Assembly (NCBI GenBank): GCA_031417495.1
Contig: JANOVQ010000620.1
Location: 1-48,077 of the forward strand
Reading direction: 5' to 3'
DNA length: 48,077 nucleotides
Origin: Pseudomonadota bacterium
GTDB lineage: Bacteria; Pseudomonadota; Gammaproteobacteria; Ga0077536
Positions within the stretch are counted from its first letter, which is position 1, and each line of letters opens with the position of its first letter. A model generated the notes under the pieces. The model did not search any database. It saw only the letters and a list, made by a program, of their open reading frames with translations, and was not told the DNA's origin. The position numbers and the translations under genes were made by a program. Below are positions 1 through 10,542 of this stretch, in pieces.

Positions 1-459
1 AGCGCGCAGGTAGCGCCGACGTTTCAACAGCTCACCGAAGGTTGGAACGCTGAACCCAATGCGCCTGATCCCCAGATCGAGATCGATGGCGCAGACTTGC
101 TGCTCAAGTTCACGGTGGATGCCATCCAGTTCCCCGAGTTCGAACAGGACGAAATCGCCGTTCTTCGTTTCGCGAACTGTGCACGTTACCGTCTTGGGCC
201 GGTGAACGATGAAGGCTGGTATCGGGGCCGCTGCAGGTTCAGTGATTTGGCGCCGGCATGGGGTGAGTTCTATTCGATCAAGGCCGACCTCGCGCTGCTG
301 AATGCGCCGCAGGACTGGCAGCCGCTCGCTGTCGAGAACGTACCCAGGCAGCACTTTCTCTTTTACTTCCGCGAGAACACCTTCGAGTGCGTCGCTGAAC
401 AATGCCTGATTGAGCCTTGCGCTGAAAACGCGCTTATTCGGACCGACAAGAGGCTGTAA
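1..459 (+). CDS. hypothetical protein, 5'-truncated at window edge
   Basis: Frame 1 is open from base 1 with no stop before the listed 97..459 ORF, so the gene probably starts upstream of the window. No family recognised from the translation (NDEGWYRGRCRF, WGEFY). Confidence 0.4.
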   Translation, partial: SAQVAPTFQQLTEGWNAEPNAPDPQIEIDGADLLLKFTVDAIQFPEFEQDEIAVLRFANCARYRLGPVNDEGWYRGRCRFSDLAPAWGEFYSIKADLALLNAPQDWQPLAVENVPRQHFLFYFRENTFECVAEQCLIEPCAENALIRTDKRL

Positions 460-492
460 GTCCTCTGCCTCGCGTGCGGCAATGGTGGGGCA

Positions 493-1737
493 TCAAGCCT
501 GCGCAATAGCCCCCACGGCGATTAGCGCCTGAATTTGCGCCTCGTCATAGCCCAGCGTTTGTAACAGTTCGCGGGTGTGCGCGCCGAGTGCTGGTGCGGC
601 ATGCGGCGCGGTCTTCAGCACGCCTGCAATCTGCATTGGCGAATCGACGGTTTGCCTACCGGGGAGATCGACAATGTCGCGAAATACGCCGTTAGCCTGC
701 ATCTGCAAATCGTCAGGTAACGAAAAACTGCGCTGCACGACGCCGAATGTCACGCGATGATGGTTGAGAGATTCGGTCCATTCCGCAAGGGTGCGGGTCG
801 CGAATACCTGATCCAGAATTTCCACTAAGACTCGCGCATTGGCGCGTCGCTCGGCCGAGCTTGTGAAGCGCGGATCTGCAAGCAGATCTGGCCGCGCGAT
901 GGCGTCGCAAAAAAGCGCCCACTCGTGGGCTTCCTTAACCATCACCAGCGAGAAATGGCGCTGATCTTTAGTTTCATACACGCTCAGCAACGGGTTGGGT
1001 GACTCTGCATGGTTCCAGGGTTCGGCTGGTATCGCCTGACAGAGTGCCGCCTGGGCCATGATGCTATTGGCCCACACGCCGTTGGCCATCAGCGAGGTCG
1101 AGACCTTGGCGCCCTGCCCGGTGAGCGCGCGGCGATACAACGCCAGCATGATTGTGCCGAACAAGCTGACTGCCGTCGGATGGTCACCCATCCCCGGTGC
1201 GGATAGCGAGACCTCGCCGCCGCGCGGACGAATCAGATCCATCATGCCGGAGCGGGCCCACCACGCGGTCGCGTCGTAGCCTGGTCTTTCCGTCTCGGCG
1301 CCCAGATCTCCATAGCCGGTGACATGGGCGTAGATCATATTCGGGTTGAGCGCCTGCACATCTTCATGGCGGATTTGCAGATCGCTCAACACGGAAGGCT
1401 GATAGTTCGTGATGAAAACATCTGTGGTCGCCAACAGCTTATAGAGCGCGGCACGCCCGTCGGGGTGCTTCAGATTCAACGCCAGCGATTTCTTGTTGCG
1501 GGCGTCCAGCAACCAGGCGTAGTTTTCAGTGCATTCGGGAAGTGGCCGCAGGGTATAGAGATGGCGATACGGATCGCCGATGCCGGGCGGCTCGACATGA
1601 ATGACCTCAGCGCCGAAATCGCCCATGATGGTGCCGGCGGCCGGGCCGGCGATGAAGGTCGCCGCCTCCACTATCCGAATGCCGTCCAGGATCGATTGCA
1701 TGCTGCGGTTACTCCCGTTTGCCGTGGCCTGGAGCAT
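493..1737 (-). CDS. CoA-transferase family III (CaiB/BaiF-type) protein
   Basis: 414 aa. The N-terminal GIRIVEAATFIAGPAAGTIMGDFGAEVIHVEPP segment is typical of family III CoA-transferases, and length is typical. Confidence 0.8.
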   Translation of the reverse strand: MLQATANGSNRSMQSILDGIRIVEAATFIAGPAAGTIMGDFGAEVIHVEPPGIGDPYRHLYTLRPLPECTENYAWLLDARNKKSLALNLKHPDGRAALYKLLATTDVFITNYQPSVLSDLQIRHEDVQALNPNMIYAHVTGYGDLGAETERPGYDATAWWARSGMMDLIRPRGGEVSLSAPGMGDHPTAVSLFGTIMLALYRRALTGQGAKVSTSLMANGVWANSIMAQAALCQAIPAEPWNHAESPNPLLSVYETKDQRHFSLVMVKEAHEWALFCDAIARPDLLADPRFTSSAERRANARVLVEILDQVFATRTLAEWTESLNHHRVTFGVVQRSFSLPDDLQMQANGVFRDIVDLPGRQTVDSPMQIAGVLKTAPHAAPALGAHTRELLQTLGYDEAQIQALIAVGAIAQA

Positions 1738-1838
1738 AGCATTTCGTCACATGACCCTGGCGCGTAAGGGACGTTGCGAACCACGTGGAATGTGCGCGCA
1801 GCTCAATTATTCAAACTCAACTTGCACAAGGAAATCGG

Positions 1839-2402
1839 ATGAAACTCAGCAAACCCCGGGTGAACCCGCTCGACGAATCCCAATGGAACGAGACGGTCAA
1901 AAATACTTTGCGGGAGGTAAAGATTGGCACGGGTGCAGTGCCCAATATTTTCAAGACCCTGGCCCATCATCCGGATCTCATGCGGCGCTGGCTGGTGTTC
2001 GGCAATCACGTGTTGTTCAAGTCAACCGTGCCGGCGCGCGAACGTGAACTGGTGATTCTGCGCATCGGCTGGTTGTGCGAAGCCGAATACGAATGGGCCC
2101 AGCATGTGCGCATCGGCAAACAAACCGGCCTTACCGACGACGAAATTCATCGCATTAAAATCGGTCCCTCGGCTAAAGGCTGGACTGAACGGGATGTGCT
2201 GCTGCTGAAGGCGACCGATGAATTGCACAAGGATGCCTGTATCACCGATGCCACCTGGGCGGGCCTGAGCACGCACTACAATACCCAGCAGCTGATGGAT
2301 CTGGTGTTTGCGATCGGTCAATACAATCTGGTGTCGATGGTCCTGAATACCTTTGGCGTCCAGCTGGATGCCGATCTGGAGACTTCGTTTGCGAATACCT
2401 GA
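1839..2402 (+). CDS. carboxymuconolactone decarboxylase (AhpD-like) family protein
   Basis: RIGWLCEAEYEWAQHVRIGKQTGLTDDEI resembles the CMD-domain helix pair. I prefer the internal ATG at 1839 (MKLSKPR), which follows AAGGAAA, over the ORF-track start at 1785. Confidence 0.65.
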   Translation: MKLSKPRVNPLDESQWNETVKNTLREVKIGTGAVPNIFKTLAHHPDLMRRWLVFGNHVLFKSTVPARERELVILRIGWLCEAEYEWAQHVRIGKQTGLTDDEIHRIKIGPSAKGWTERDVLLLKATDELHKDACITDATWAGLSTHYNTQQLMDLVFAIGQYNLVSMVLNTFGVQLDADLETSFANT

Positions 2403-2598
2403 GGTGGAGCGGGCGCGCGCAACGGCGCGTTCAGCTGGAGTTCGCACAGCCTGGGTTCGATATCGGAGTGCCTACCAATCAGCGAGCGTACGTGTTTCAC
2501 GGGACGGCCGTCATCCCAGGCTGCGCGTTAATTCGCAAGTAGATCCTCAGTCCAAGGCAATGAACGAGGTCGAATAGACTTTACCCTAAGCGTCCCCG

Positions 2599-5397
2599 CT
2601 ACTCCCGCAAGCGACCCAGCTGCTCCGTCAGGCGTGCGATCTGATCGCGATTATCCGCCGCGCGTTTGCGCTCTTTCGCGACTACGTCAGGCGGTGCTTT
2701 GGCAACGAAGGACTCGTTGAAGAGTTTGCTTTCTACTCTTTGCAGATCCTGGGTTAGACGGGCGAGTTCTTTGGTAAGCCGCTCGCGTTCGACTATCGGA
2801 TCGATAAGGTCCAGCAGCGGCACGAGAATGGTCATTTCGCCGACGAGTGCAGTCGTCGCGTCGGGATCGGTTAGATCGTCGACCGGCGTAATCTGCGCCA
2901 CGCGAGCGAGCGTTTTGATGTAGCGTTCCAGTGCTTGCAGGCGATGCTGTTCGGCGTGATTTCCCCCATGCACCTTAATCGGAATGCGTTTAGCCGGCTC
3001 GAGATTGTTCTCGGCGCGAATGCGGCGCACGCCCAGCACGAAGCTCTTCAACCAGGCGATGGTTTCGGCGGCGACTGCGTCTTCGCTCAGATCGCTGACC
3101 TGCGGATAGGCCTGCAGCATGAGAGTCTGACCAAGCTCGCCGCGCAGCGGTGCCACCTTGCACCAGATTTCGTCGGTGATGAACGGCATCAGCGGGTGCA
3201 TCATGCGCAAGGTGCATTCGAGCACTTCAACCAGGGTGTGGCGTGTCGCGGATTTCACTTCGTCCGGTGTCTGCTCGTCGTTCAAGGTGACTTTCGCGAG
3301 CTCGATGTACCAGTCGCAATACTCGTCCCACACGAATTCGTAAATGGCCTGCGCGGCGAGATCGAAGCGATAGGTTTCGAAGCCGGCTTGCACTTCGCTG
3401 AGCGCGCTGCGCAGGCGTTGGCGGATCCAGCGTTCTGGCACGCCGAAGCTCGCGGCATGCGGGGTGCCGCTGAGCTTGGTTTCGCCCAGCATCATTAAAA
3501 CGAAGCGCGATGCATTCCACAGCTTGTTACAGAAATTTCGATAGCCATCGATGCGTCCGAGATCGAAGCGCACATCACGGCCCTGAGTGGCCATGGAGGC
3601 GAAGGTAAAGCGCAGCGCATCGGTGCCATAGCTCGGAATGCCGTCGGCAAACTGCCGGCGCGTAGCGGCCTCGATCTTCGCGGCGTCTTCGGGGCGCATC
3701 AAACCTGTCGTGCGCTTGGTGACCAGGGGTTCCAATGTGATGCCATCGATCAGATCGATCGGGTCGAGAATATTGCCTTTCGACTTCGACATCTTATTGC
3801 CTTCGGCATCGCGCACCAGGCCATGGATATAGACCTCGCGGAACGGCACATCGCCCATGAACTTCAGGCCCATCATGATCATGCGCGCGACCCAGAAGAA
3901 GATGATATCGAAGCCCGTGACCAGCACCGAGGTGGGATAGAAGGTGCTTAGCTCTGGCGTTTTCGCCGGCCAGCCGAGCGTGGAAAACGGCCAGAGCGCC
4001 GAGGAAAACCAGGTGTCGAGTACATCGGGATCCTGCGTAAGTTGGAGCTCCGCGCCAAGTTGATGCTTGGCGCGTGCCTCAGCTTCCGTGCGTCCCACAT
4101 AAATATTGCCGGCCGGGTCATACCACGCTGGAATGCGATGCCCCCACCACAGCTGCCGCGAAATGCACCAGTCATCGATATTGCGCATCCATTCGAAATA
4201 AGTCTTGCGCCAATTGTCGGGCACGAATTTAAGGCGACCGTCTTCGACACAGGCGATGGCGGGCGCGGCCAAGGGGGCGATACGCACGAACCATTGATCG
4301 GTCAGGAACGGCTCGATCACGGCCTGCGAGCGATCGCCACGCGGCACCATCATCTTGTGCGGATCGGCGCGCACCAAGAGGCCGAGTGCATCCAGATCAG
4401 CCACCACCCGGCGGCGCGCTTCAAAACGGTCAAGACCTTGGTAGGCCGCCGGCGCCTGGTCATTAATCGCTGCCTGCTCAGTGAAAATATTGATCATCGG
4501 CAACGCATGGCGTGCGCCGACTGCGTAGTCATTGAAATCGTGCGCGGGCGTAATTTTCACGCAGCCGGAACCGAATTCCGGATCCACGTAAGTGTCGGCG
4601 ATGATCGGGATGGTGCGCCCACAGAGAGGGAGCTGAACCGCCTTGCCAATGATGCGCCGGTAGCGATCATCTTCCGGATGCACCGCCACCGCCACGTCGC
4701 CGAGCAGGGTCTCGGGTCGCGTAGTCGCGACGACCACATAACCCGCGCCATCTTCGAGCGGATAGCGGATGTGCCAGATCTGTCCTTGTTCTTCTTGTGA
4801 CACAACTTCGAGATCAGAAATAGCGGTATTCAGCACCGGATCCCAGTTCACCAGTCGCTTGCCGCGATAGATGAGGCCTTCTTCGTGCAAGCGCACGAAG
4901 GCCTCGTTCACGGCCTGCGACAGGCCTTCGTCCATCGTGAAACGTTCGCGGCTCCAGTCCATCGAAGCACCCATGCGCCGCAACTGCTGGGAGATGGTGC
5001 CACCCGATTCCGCTTTCCAGTCCCACACCGCAGCGGTGAATTTCTCGCGCCCGAGTTCCTGCCGCGACTGACCTTTCAAACCAAGCTGGCGTTCGACCAC
5101 CATCTGGGTTGCGATGCCAGCATGGTCGGTCCCGCACTGCCACAGGGTGCGCCGTCCCTGCATGCGCTGATAGCGAATAAGCGCATCCATCAGCGTGTCC
5201 TGAAACGCATGCCCCATATGCAGACTGCCGGTCACGTTCGGCGGCGGCAGCATGATGCAGTAGGGATCGCTGCCCGTGGTCGGCTTGAAGTAACCGGCAG
5301 CTTCCCAGGCTCGATAACGCGTCTGTTCGATCGCGTGAGGATCGTAGGTCTTGGCAATTGCGGAGTCGGCGGGCGAGGGTGTCAAAGTTGCGCTCAT
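2599..5397 (-). CDS. valS: valine--tRNA ligase
   Basis: Class I aaRS motifs are present: [13 protein letters not shown] (HIGH) and KMSKSKGN (KMSKS), plus a C-terminal coiled coil. Homology-type sequence begins at MSATLTPS...YDPHAIEQ (ATG 5397). The same frame stays open upstream to 5745 and 5838 (see findings). Confidence 0.93.
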   Translation of the reverse strand: MSATLTPSPADSAIAKTYDPHAIEQTRYRAWEAAGYFKPTTGSDPYCIMLPPPNVTGSLHMGHAFQDTLMDALIRYQRMQGRRTLWQCGTDHAGIATQMVVERQLGLKGQSRQELGREKFTAAVWDWKAESGGTISQQLRRMGASMDWSRERFTMDEGLSQAVNEAFVRLHEEGLIYRGKRLVNWDPVLNTAISDLEVVSQEEQGQIWHIRYPLEDGAGYVVVATTRPETLLGDVAVAVHPEDDRYRRIIGKAVQLPLCGRTIPIIADTYVDPEFGSGCVKITPAHDFNDYAVGARHALPMINIFTEQAAINDQAPAAYQGLDRFEARRRVVADLDALGLLVRADPHKMMVPRGDRSQAVIEPFLTDQWFVRIAPLAAPAIACVEDGRLKFVPDNWRKTYFEWMRNIDDWCISRQLWWGHRIPAWYDPAGNIYVGRTEAEARAKHQLGAELQLTQDPDVLDTWFSSALWPFSTLGWPAKTPELSTFYPTSVLVTGFDIIFFWVARMIMMGLKFMGDVPFREVYIHGLVRDAEGNKMSKSKGNILDPIDLIDGITLEPLVTKRTTGLMRPEDAAKIEAATRRQFADGIPSYGTDALRFTFASMATQGRDVRFDLGRIDGYRNFCNKLWNASRFVLMMLGETKLSGTPHAASFGVPERWIRQRLRSALSEVQAGFETYRFDLAAQAIYEFVWDEYCDWYIELAKVTLNDEQTPDEVKSATRHTLVEVLECTLRMMHPLMPFITDEIWCKVAPLRGELGQTLMLQAYPQVSDLSEDAVAAETIAWLKSFVLGVRRIRAENNLEPAKRIPIKVHGGNHAEQHRLQALERYIKTLARVAQITPVDDLTDPDATTALVGEMTILVPLLDLIDPIVERERLTKELARLTQDLQRVESKLFNESFVAKAPPDVVAKERKRAADNRDQIARLTEQLGRLRE

Positions 5398-5752
5398 CCG
5401 GGGCTTTTCTTGGGTTGTCCGATCAAGGGAAGTCGCCTCTTCGGGTGGCGCGCATGGCGGCGTGACTGCAGGCTCCTCTATTTCGACGGCTAGCGGTGCC
5501 ACAGCTGTCGCTGCATCACTCATGAGGACTTGGTGCACCGCTGGGCTGCGCGGGCGCTCGCCGAACAACGCGCGATCGACATTCTCCACGCGCTCCGTCA
5601 GTACCGGCAGGATCACGCCAGGCGGCGGTCGGCGCCCGCCGAGCACCTCGCGCAATTCGTCGCGTTTGTGCTCGATCAGAGTTTCGAGCTCGTGGATCGT
5701 CGAGCCCAAGTCGGCGGGGGTAGCATCGTCTGAAGTCACAGCCATCGCAAAG

Positions 5753-6178
5753 TCATCCGTTGTGGGTGGCGAGCGGATATCCTCGATCCTTGTAGAAGCG
5801 GTAGCGCTCGCGGGCGAGTTGCCGGGTGTGATCGTCATGGCCGGTGGTTTCGATCACACGCTCGAATTGGCTGAAGAAGCTGGGCACTTCGGCGTGGAGA
5901 TTCAGCAAGGTGTCCATGCTCTCGGGGGCTGCTTCGGCACAGCCGAGTACGACTTTCGCGTGGCCGGCATCAGCGCTGCCGGCCAGCGCATGCGGCACGA
6001 AACTGGTGTCGTGAAAAGTCCAGAGCAGTTCATCCAGGCTGGTCGCCATGTCCTCGTCCAGGCAATGCACGTAAACCTGCCGCCCCGCCTGCCAGGCGCG
6101 TTCGACCAGTTCGCACACGCAGACATCGTGTTGACGCCGCGCCTGCGCCGGGAGCACATGAAAATCGATACTCGTCAT
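5753..6178 (-). CDS. holC: DNA polymerase III subunit chi
   Basis: 141 aa beginning IDFHVL...; has a 4-nt ATGA overlap with pepA; sits in the conserved pepA-holC-valS order. Confidence 0.8.
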   Translation of the reverse strand: MTSIDFHVLPAQARRQHDVCVCELVERAWQAGRQVYVHCLDEDMATSLDELLWTFHDTSFVPHALAGSADAGHAKVVLGCAEAAPESMDTLLNLHAEVPSFFSQFERVIETTGHDDHTRQLARERYRFYKDRGYPLATHNG

Positions 6179-7671
6179 GTGCTCGTCGGTTCGCAGCGTT
6201 GGAGGAGGAACTCAAGGAGCAACGGCACCGGGCGTCCGGTGGCGCCCTTGGCCTTACCGCCGGTCCACGCGGTGCCGGCGATATCCAGATGCGCCCAGTG
6301 ATAATCCTTGGTGAAGCGCGCGAGAAAGCAGGCGGCGGTGATGGTCCCTGCTTCGCGCCCGCCGACATTCGCCATATCGGCGAACGGACTTTCGATCTGC
6401 TTCTGATAATCCTCCCATAGCGGCAGACGCCACGCGCGGTCACCGGCCAATTGGCCTGCGGCGAGCAGTGCCTCAGCCAGTGAGTCTTGATTGCTGAGAA
6501 GTCCGCTCGCATGACTGCCGAGCGCGACCACACAAGCGCCGGTCAAGGTCGCGATATCTATCACTACGTCGGGCTCGAACCGCGCGCTGTAGGTCAGCGC
6601 ATCGCACAGGATCAGGCGACCTTCCGCATCAGTGTTGAGAATTTCGATGGTCTGTCCCGACATGCTGGTGACCACATCGCCCGGCTTGCTCGCATTGCCA
6701 TCGGGCATGTTCTCAGTTGCCGGCACGACGCCAACCACGTTGATCGGCAATGCCAATTGCGCCACGGCCTGCATGACGCCGAAGACGCTGGCGGCGCCTG
6801 CCATGTCAAATTTCATCTCATCCATCGCCGCCGCCGGCTTGATGGAGATGCCACCGGAATCGAAGGTCACGCCTTTGCCAACCAGCACCACGGGCCGGGC
6901 TTTGGGTTCCCCACCACGATACTCAATCGTGATCAGTTTGGGCGGTTGCCGGCTGCCGCGCGCCACCGATAACAGCGAACCCATGCCAAGTTTCTGCATG
7001 TCGCTTTCCTCCAGCACCGAAACCTTGAGCGCGGCATGGGTCTGCGCGAGTTCAAGCGCGACCTCGGCAAGGTGCGTGGGGGTGCAGTGATTGCCGGGAA
7101 GGTTGGCGAGATCCTTTGTCAGCGCTATGCCGCTCGCAATGCCCTTGCCCAGGGTAATCCCCGCTTCGACTGCGGCGGCCTCGGCGTTCTCGCTCAAGAG
7201 AAAGACCCGGCCGAGCTGCGGCTTACGTGCCGGCTTGCTCTTCATTTTATCGAATCGGTAGTTGGCGTTATTGAAGGCGACCGCCGTGTGGCGCGCCTTC
7301 CAGCACGCGTCATGTGTTTTCACTTTCACTTCGAGCAAGGCGCTTGCGGCGGTTTTGAGACCGGCTTCGCACACTGCTTTGGCGGCCTTGTGCAGGATCG
7401 TGAGGTATTCGGGTCCGGTGACTCCGTCCTGTTTGCCACAACCCACCAGTAATACGCGCTCGGCAGCGATTCCGCTGACGTCTGGCAGCATTAGCGCTTC
7501 CCCATGATTACCGCTAATATCGCCTCGCTTGATGACGCGAGTGAGCGCGCCGCGACTGGCCTTGTCGAGCGACTGCGCGGTCGGGCTCAGGCGCTTGCCC
7601 TGGAAGATTGCGACTGCGAGGCAAGCCGTTTTCAGGGTGCGTGCGCTACCAAGTTTGACCGAGATTTCCAT
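6175..7671 (-). CDS. pepA: leucyl aminopeptidase (M17)
   Basis: 498 aa with the NTDAEGRL signature, VGKGVTFDSGG and MKFDMAGAA. Confidence 0.93.
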   Translation of the reverse strand: MEISVKLGSARTLKTACLAVAIFQGKRLSPTAQSLDKASRGALTRVIKRGDISGNHGEALMLPDVSGIAAERVLLVGCGKQDGVTGPEYLTILHKAAKAVCEAGLKTAASALLEVKVKTHDACWKARHTAVAFNNANYRFDKMKSKPARKPQLGRVFLLSENAEAAAVEAGITLGKGIASGIALTKDLANLPGNHCTPTHLAEVALELAQTHAALKVSVLEESDMQKLGMGSLLSVARGSRQPPKLITIEYRGGEPKARPVVLVGKGVTFDSGGISIKPAAAMDEMKFDMAGAASVFGVMQAVAQLALPINVVGVVPATENMPDGNASKPGDVVTSMSGQTIEILNTDAEGRLILCDALTYSARFEPDVVIDIATLTGACVVALGSHASGLLSNQDSLAEALLAAGQLAGDRAWRLPLWEDYQKQIESPFADMANVGGREAGTITAACFLARFTKDYHWAHLDIAGTAWTGGKAKGATGRPVPLLLEFLLQRCEPTST

Positions 7672-7785
7672 CTTGACGTTTCTCCGCTGATGTTCCGCCC
7701 CATGAATGCCATCCGCGCGCCGTGCGAGCGGGGTTCACCGCAGTGTATTCGTTCGATGATTGAGCCGTAAAGTGCGCTTAGCTGT

Positions 7786-8850
7786 ATGAAGATCCTCGAT
7801 CGCTATATTGGTTGGAACATCATTTCCGCGACCGTCACAGTACTCTTCGTGCTGGTCACGATTTTTACCTTTTTCTCATTCATCGACGAATTGGAAGATG
7901 TTGGACGTGGCAATTATGGCTTGCCGCGCGCGGCGGTATTTGTCCTGTTCAGCGTGCCGAGCCTTACCTACGAACTGTTTCCGATGGCGGCGCTCATCGG
8001 TTCCTTGATTGGCTTCGGAACCATGATGCGTAATGGCGAGCTTGCGGTGATCCGCTGCGTAGGCGTGTCCAAAAGTCGCGTGGTCTACGCGGTGGTGAAG
8101 GCTGGTTTGGTGCTCCTCGGTTTGGCGATGTTCAACGGCGAGTTCATCGCCCCTCCCGCAGAACGTTTTGCGCGGGACTATCGCAATATCGCGATCAATG
8201 ATCGGATTACCTTCAAATCCGAAAATGGCTTTTGGGCGCGCGACGGCAATAACTACATCAACATCCGGGAAATTTTGCCCGGAGATCAATTGCGGGATGT
8301 GTTTATTTACGAATTCGATGCCGAGAACGCGCTGCGTCTGAGCACCTATGCGGAATTCGCCCATTACGCCGGTCGCGAGTGGGTGCTGCAGAATATTTCG
8401 CAGACGGTGTTGACTGAAGAGGGTTTAGAGAAGCGCACCTTGCCGGAGGCCGCGTGGGATTCGATCCTAAAACCCGATCTGTTGCAGATGGTGACCATCA
8501 ATCCGGACAGTCTCTCAATTTGGAATCTGTTCAAATACAGCCGATTTCTGCTGAGCAATGGACAAAATGCCCAGCGCTACCTGCATGTGATGTGGCTGAA
8601 GCTCTCGTATCCGCTGGCGAGTGTAGTGATGGTGGTGCTGGCGGTGCCGATGGTGTTCCGCGCCAATCGCAATGTGACGGTGGGCCAGCGCGTACTGGTG
8701 GGCGCGTTGATCGGACTGGGCTTTCATCTGCTCAATCAGGCGGCGGGTCATCTGGGCGTGGTGTACGAGATTCCGCCGATTTTGAGCGCGACGGGACCAG
8801 CGTTGCTGATGACGGCAGTGGCGGCCTACCTGTTGGCGCGGACGCCTTAG
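7786..8850 (+). CDS. lptG: LPS export ABC transporter permease LptG
   Basis: N-terminal LDRYIG, FWARDGNNYINIRE and NPDSLSI..L..Y..FL..NGQNAQRY align by eye with E. coli LptG rather than LptF. Six predicted TM segments. Confidence 0.85.
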   Translation: MKILDRYIGWNIISATVTVLFVLVTIFTFFSFIDELEDVGRGNYGLPRAAVFVLFSVPSLTYELFPMAALIGSLIGFGTMMRNGELAVIRCVGVSKSRVVYAVVKAGLVLLGLAMFNGEFIAPPAERFARDYRNIAINDRITFKSENGFWARDGNNYINIREILPGDQLRDVFIYEFDAENALRLSTYAEFAHYAGREWVLQNISQTVLTEEGLEKRTLPEAAWDSILKPDLLQMVTINPDSLSIWNLFKYSRFLLSNGQNAQRYLHVMWLKLSYPLASVVMVVLAVPMVFRANRNVTVGQRVLVGALIGLGFHLLNQAAGHLGVVYEIPPILSATGPALLMTAVAAYLLARTP

Positions 8851-8910
8851 TCACCTTCCAGCTTCGGCTAAGCGCAGCGTTATCCGACGCAGCATTTATA
8901 AAGACTCAAC

Positions 8911-9345
8911 TCAATCACGCACCAGGCGAGTCGCTGAGACCAAATCGTGCCAAGTGCGCTGTTCATCATCCCATAAGCATCGCCAGTAGCCCATTCCGGC
9001 GGGTAGCCAGCCCAGCAGCGCCACGCCAAAACGCAGCGCGGTTTGCCGCCAGCTCACGGCGTTGCCGGTGGTTGCATCTACCAAACGAAGTTTCCAACTG
9101 CGCATCCCGAGCGTGCGCCCGCGTCGCCAGCTATGCGCGAAGTAGCCGTAGCAAACCAGGCCAAGCCAGGCGCTGAACCACCAGGACCCATTCGCGATGG
9201 CTTGCCCGTGATGGAATGCCACCGCAATCGCACTCGCCACAAAACAGACCGCGAACACCGCGCAGCTGTCGTACACGATCGCGGCTAAGCGTCGCCACAA
9301 CGAGACGGGGCGAAGTTCGCGCGCAGGGGGCGGGGCGTCGGTCAT
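8911..9345 (-). CDS. RDD family membrane protein
   Basis: Taking ATG 9345 (MTDAPPP), the sequence has WRRLAAIVYD, TM helices and RGRTLGMRSWKLRLVD, typical of the RDD domain. The longer ORF-track start at 9636 adds an Arg/Pro-rich stretch that looks non-coding. Confidence 0.7.
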   Translation of the reverse strand: MTDAPPPARELRPVSLWRRLAAIVYDSCAVFAVCFVASAIAVAFHHGQAIANGSWWFSAWLGLVCYGYFAHSWRRGRTLGMRSWKLRLVDATTGNAVSWRQTALRFGVALLGWLPAGMGYWRCLWDDEQRTWHDLVSATRLVRD

Positions 9346-9422
9346 GTCGGGAAACTCAGTGCGGAAACTCGGCGTCCACGAATCTGTCACAATGCGGACC
9401 AGTCCGGCAAGACGCCATCGCC

Positions 9423-10523
9423 ATGCATGTTCTCGAACACCTTGCTCTAGGCCGCCGCAGTTTGCGCCTGATTGGGTGGGCATGGCTGCTCGCATTTTGT
9501 GCAAGGTCGGTGTTGGCCCATCCGCTCGGCGCGCCGCCCGGGAAATTGATCGACGTTCACGGCACGCGCTTGCATCTGTACTGCGCGGGGCGCGGCGCGC
9601 CGCTGGTGATCTTGGATGCGGGTCTGGGTGGCGCATCCTTGGAATGGCTACCCGTCATGAAACAGGTCGCGCGCTTCGTTGAAGTGTGCGTGTATGACCG
9701 CGCGGGGTATGGCTGGAGTGATATGGGCACTTCCCCTCGCACCAGTTCGCAGGAAGTGGACGAACTCCACGAGTTGCTCGCGAATGCCGGTCGCCGGGGA
9801 CCTTATATTCTCGTCGGACATTCCTTCGGCGGGTACAACGCCCAACTGTTCGCGCGTCGTTATCCGCTTCTCGCGGCGGGCCTAGTGTTGGTCGACGCTT
9901 CGCATCCGAATCAAGTGGAGCGTTTTCAGGCAACTCCCTATCGCATTAACACTGCGCCCTCGAGCCGCTACGGCTTGGTCCAGTTTGGTGAAATGCCGGC
10001 ACTGCACGCCAACCTCTCGCGTCGCGCACGCCTGTTAATGTTGTATCAATTTAAAAATTGGAAACCGCGCCGCACGATTTCGTATGAACTGCTGGGGTTT
10101 CGTGACAGTGCGCGTGAACTGCGCAGCGCCCGGGCGCTGCCCCCGCTGCCGCTCGTAGTGCTCACCCGGGGCAAACGCGCGTGGCCGCTGACGCCGCATG
10201 GGGATCTCCTCGAGCAATTGTGGATCGATCTGCAAAGCGAGTTGGCAGCGCAAAGTCCTGAGTCTGCGCACCTTATCGCGCGCGACAGCGGTCACATGAT
10301 CCATCTTGAGCAGCCTGCGCTGGTGGCCTATGCCATCGCGTTAGTCCTTGACGCGGTACGTGACGCACCGACTGACAGGCACGCAAGTCTGCTGCCCGGC
10401 AATGCCGCGCGGCGTTTCGATGGCATCATCGAGAATACGGTATGGCTGCGCGATTCGTTGGGTGTGCGCACGGCGGGTCGCGTGTCGTCAGGCGTGGCTT
10501 TGCGCGACACTGCGGCGCAGTGA
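9423..10523 (+). CDS. secreted alpha/beta hydrolase
   Basis: ATG 9423 gives a signal-like N-terminus (LIGWAWLLAFCARSVLA). The protein has a GHSFGG nucleophile elbow and an HG-type LVILDAGLGG motif. Confidence 0.75.
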   Translation: MHVLEHLALGRRSLRLIGWAWLLAFCARSVLAHPLGAPPGKLIDVHGTRLHLYCAGRGAPLVILDAGLGGASLEWLPVMKQVARFVEVCVYDRAGYGWSDMGTSPRTSSQEVDELHELLANAGRRGPYILVGHSFGGYNAQLFARRYPLLAAGLVLVDASHPNQVERFQATPYRINTAPSSRYGLVQFGEMPALHANLSRRARLLMLYQFKNWKPRRTISYELLGFRDSARELRSARALPPLPLVVLTRGKRAWPLTPHGDLLEQLWIDLQSELAAQSPESAHLIARDSGHMIHLEQPALVAYAIALVLDAVRDAPTDRHASLLPGNAARRFDGIIENTVWLRDSLGVRTAGRVSSGVALRDTAAQ

Positions 10524-10542
10524 CACCACTGAGCGGGACTCA

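Noticed and set aside
2403-2598. Possible terminator hairpin CGCGC-AACG-GCGCG in the convergent spacer between the CMD-family gene and valS.
   Set aside because: The stem is only 5 bp and no T-run follows on either strand, so it cannot be distinguished from background in GC-rich DNA.
9216-9636. Overlapping long N-terminal extensions suggested by the ORF-track starts: RDD at 9636, hydrolase at 9216, DUF455 at 10348, kinase at 12214, trmB at 33286, thiS at 34273.
   Set aside because: In each case an internal ATG gives a protein of family-typical length with a proper N-terminus (signal peptide, TM helix or conserved first motif). The extra upstream residues are Arg/Pro-rich and overlap neighbouring genes.
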